A stretch of DNA of 64,000 nt. It comes from an uncultured Pirellulales bacterium (GTDB lineage: Bacteria; Planctomycetota; Phycisphaerae; Sedimentisphaerales; Anaerohalosphaeraceae). The stretch lies in contig CAYVUI010000002.1 of NCBI GenBank assembly GCA_964454745.1, positions 27,643 to 91,642 on the forward strand, read 5' to 3'. The notes below the pieces were generated by a model that saw nothing but the letters and a program-made list of their open reading frames with translations, was not told the origin of the DNA and made no database searches. Positions within the stretch are counted from its first letter, which is position 1; each line of letters starts with the position of its first letter. Below, one piece after another: positions 63,897-64,000 of the stretch. The position numbers and the translations under genes are program-made.

Positions 63897-64000
63897 TATT
63901 CGTCTCCATTTCTTTTGAGGACATGGACTGTCATCTCCTGCCCCCAGGCAAAATTGAATCCCTTCACCGTTCCGATATTCTCGATCCGGTCCGCGGGAAA
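63896..64000 (-). CDS. C-terminal fragment of an unidentified protein (gene enters from the right edge)
   Basis: The - strand frame is open from 64000: FPADRIENIGTVKGFNFAWGQEMTVHVLKRNGDE*. Its TAA overlaps the PAP2 ATG (TAATG), which suggests translational coupling. Confidence 0.45.
   Translation of the reverse strand, partial: FPADRIENIGTVKGFNFAWGQEMTVHVLKRNGDE

Noticed and set aside
1-64000. Mobile elements, prophage remnants, defence systems (restriction-modification, toxin-antitoxin, CBASS/retron-like), rRNA or tRNA genes.
   Set aside because: I recognised no transposase, integrase, recombinase, nuclease/methylase pair, reverse transcriptase or cloverleaf-like sequence in any ORF or intergenic region. 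The XRE-cupin and MazG-like genes lack partner toxin genes. This is a by-eye scan, so tRNAscan or Infernal should confirm it.

Overview
This 64-kb chromosomal window holds about 58 protein-coding genes on both strands. Fairly GC-rich genes are separated by conspicuously AT-rich intergenic regions. I saw no rRNA, tRNA, CRISPR array, transposase, integrase or prophage genes. The gene content fits a PVC-group bacterium, probably Planctomycetota (Phycisphaerae-like): a class-III-signal pseudopilin with an H-X9-DG-like C-terminus, a Tat-signal sulfatase, a dockerin-like C-terminal tail, PilT, an orphan ExbD and a 2-oxoacid:ferredoxin oxidoreductase. That assignment is inference only.

Blocks from left to right:
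- a truncated NUDIX gene
- LPS-core genes (kinase-like plus GT9)
- a YfcH-type epimerase and ComM
- MarR followed by an odd 826-aa low-complexity/Tyr-rich/TPR protein and a 7-repeat propeller with a dockerin-like tail
- an AT-rich island with a promoter-leader-terminator element and an ambiguous small ORF
- queA, a Tat-signal Fe/Mn SOD, a UDP-sugar pyrophosphorylase and a pseudopilin
- an AT-richer polysaccharide cluster (methyltransferases, GT4, Wzx-like flippase, AsnB-type amidotransferase)
- aconitase, LOG and hisD
- a feo locus (DtxR-FeoA fusion, FeoB, OprB-type porin)
- an orphan STAS/RsbW pair
- Rrf2 and MazG
- amidohydrolase, SNF transporter, sulfatase and PPK2
- galM, LemA plus an M48 protease, and mgtE
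- a pilT / Walker-A-degenerate membrane-anchored GspE-like / CvpA-like triad
- XRE-cupin, MCP, clpX, a helical-repeat protein plus ExbD, a three-subunit OFOR and a PAP2 phosphatase

The most interesting observations are:
- the pilT triad
- the Tyr-rich protein and propeller pair
- the GT9 gene whose conserved N-terminus has no canonical start codon
- terminator-delimited non-coding elements in divergent intergenic regions

All family calls come from motif recognition by eye. Nothing was checked against a database.
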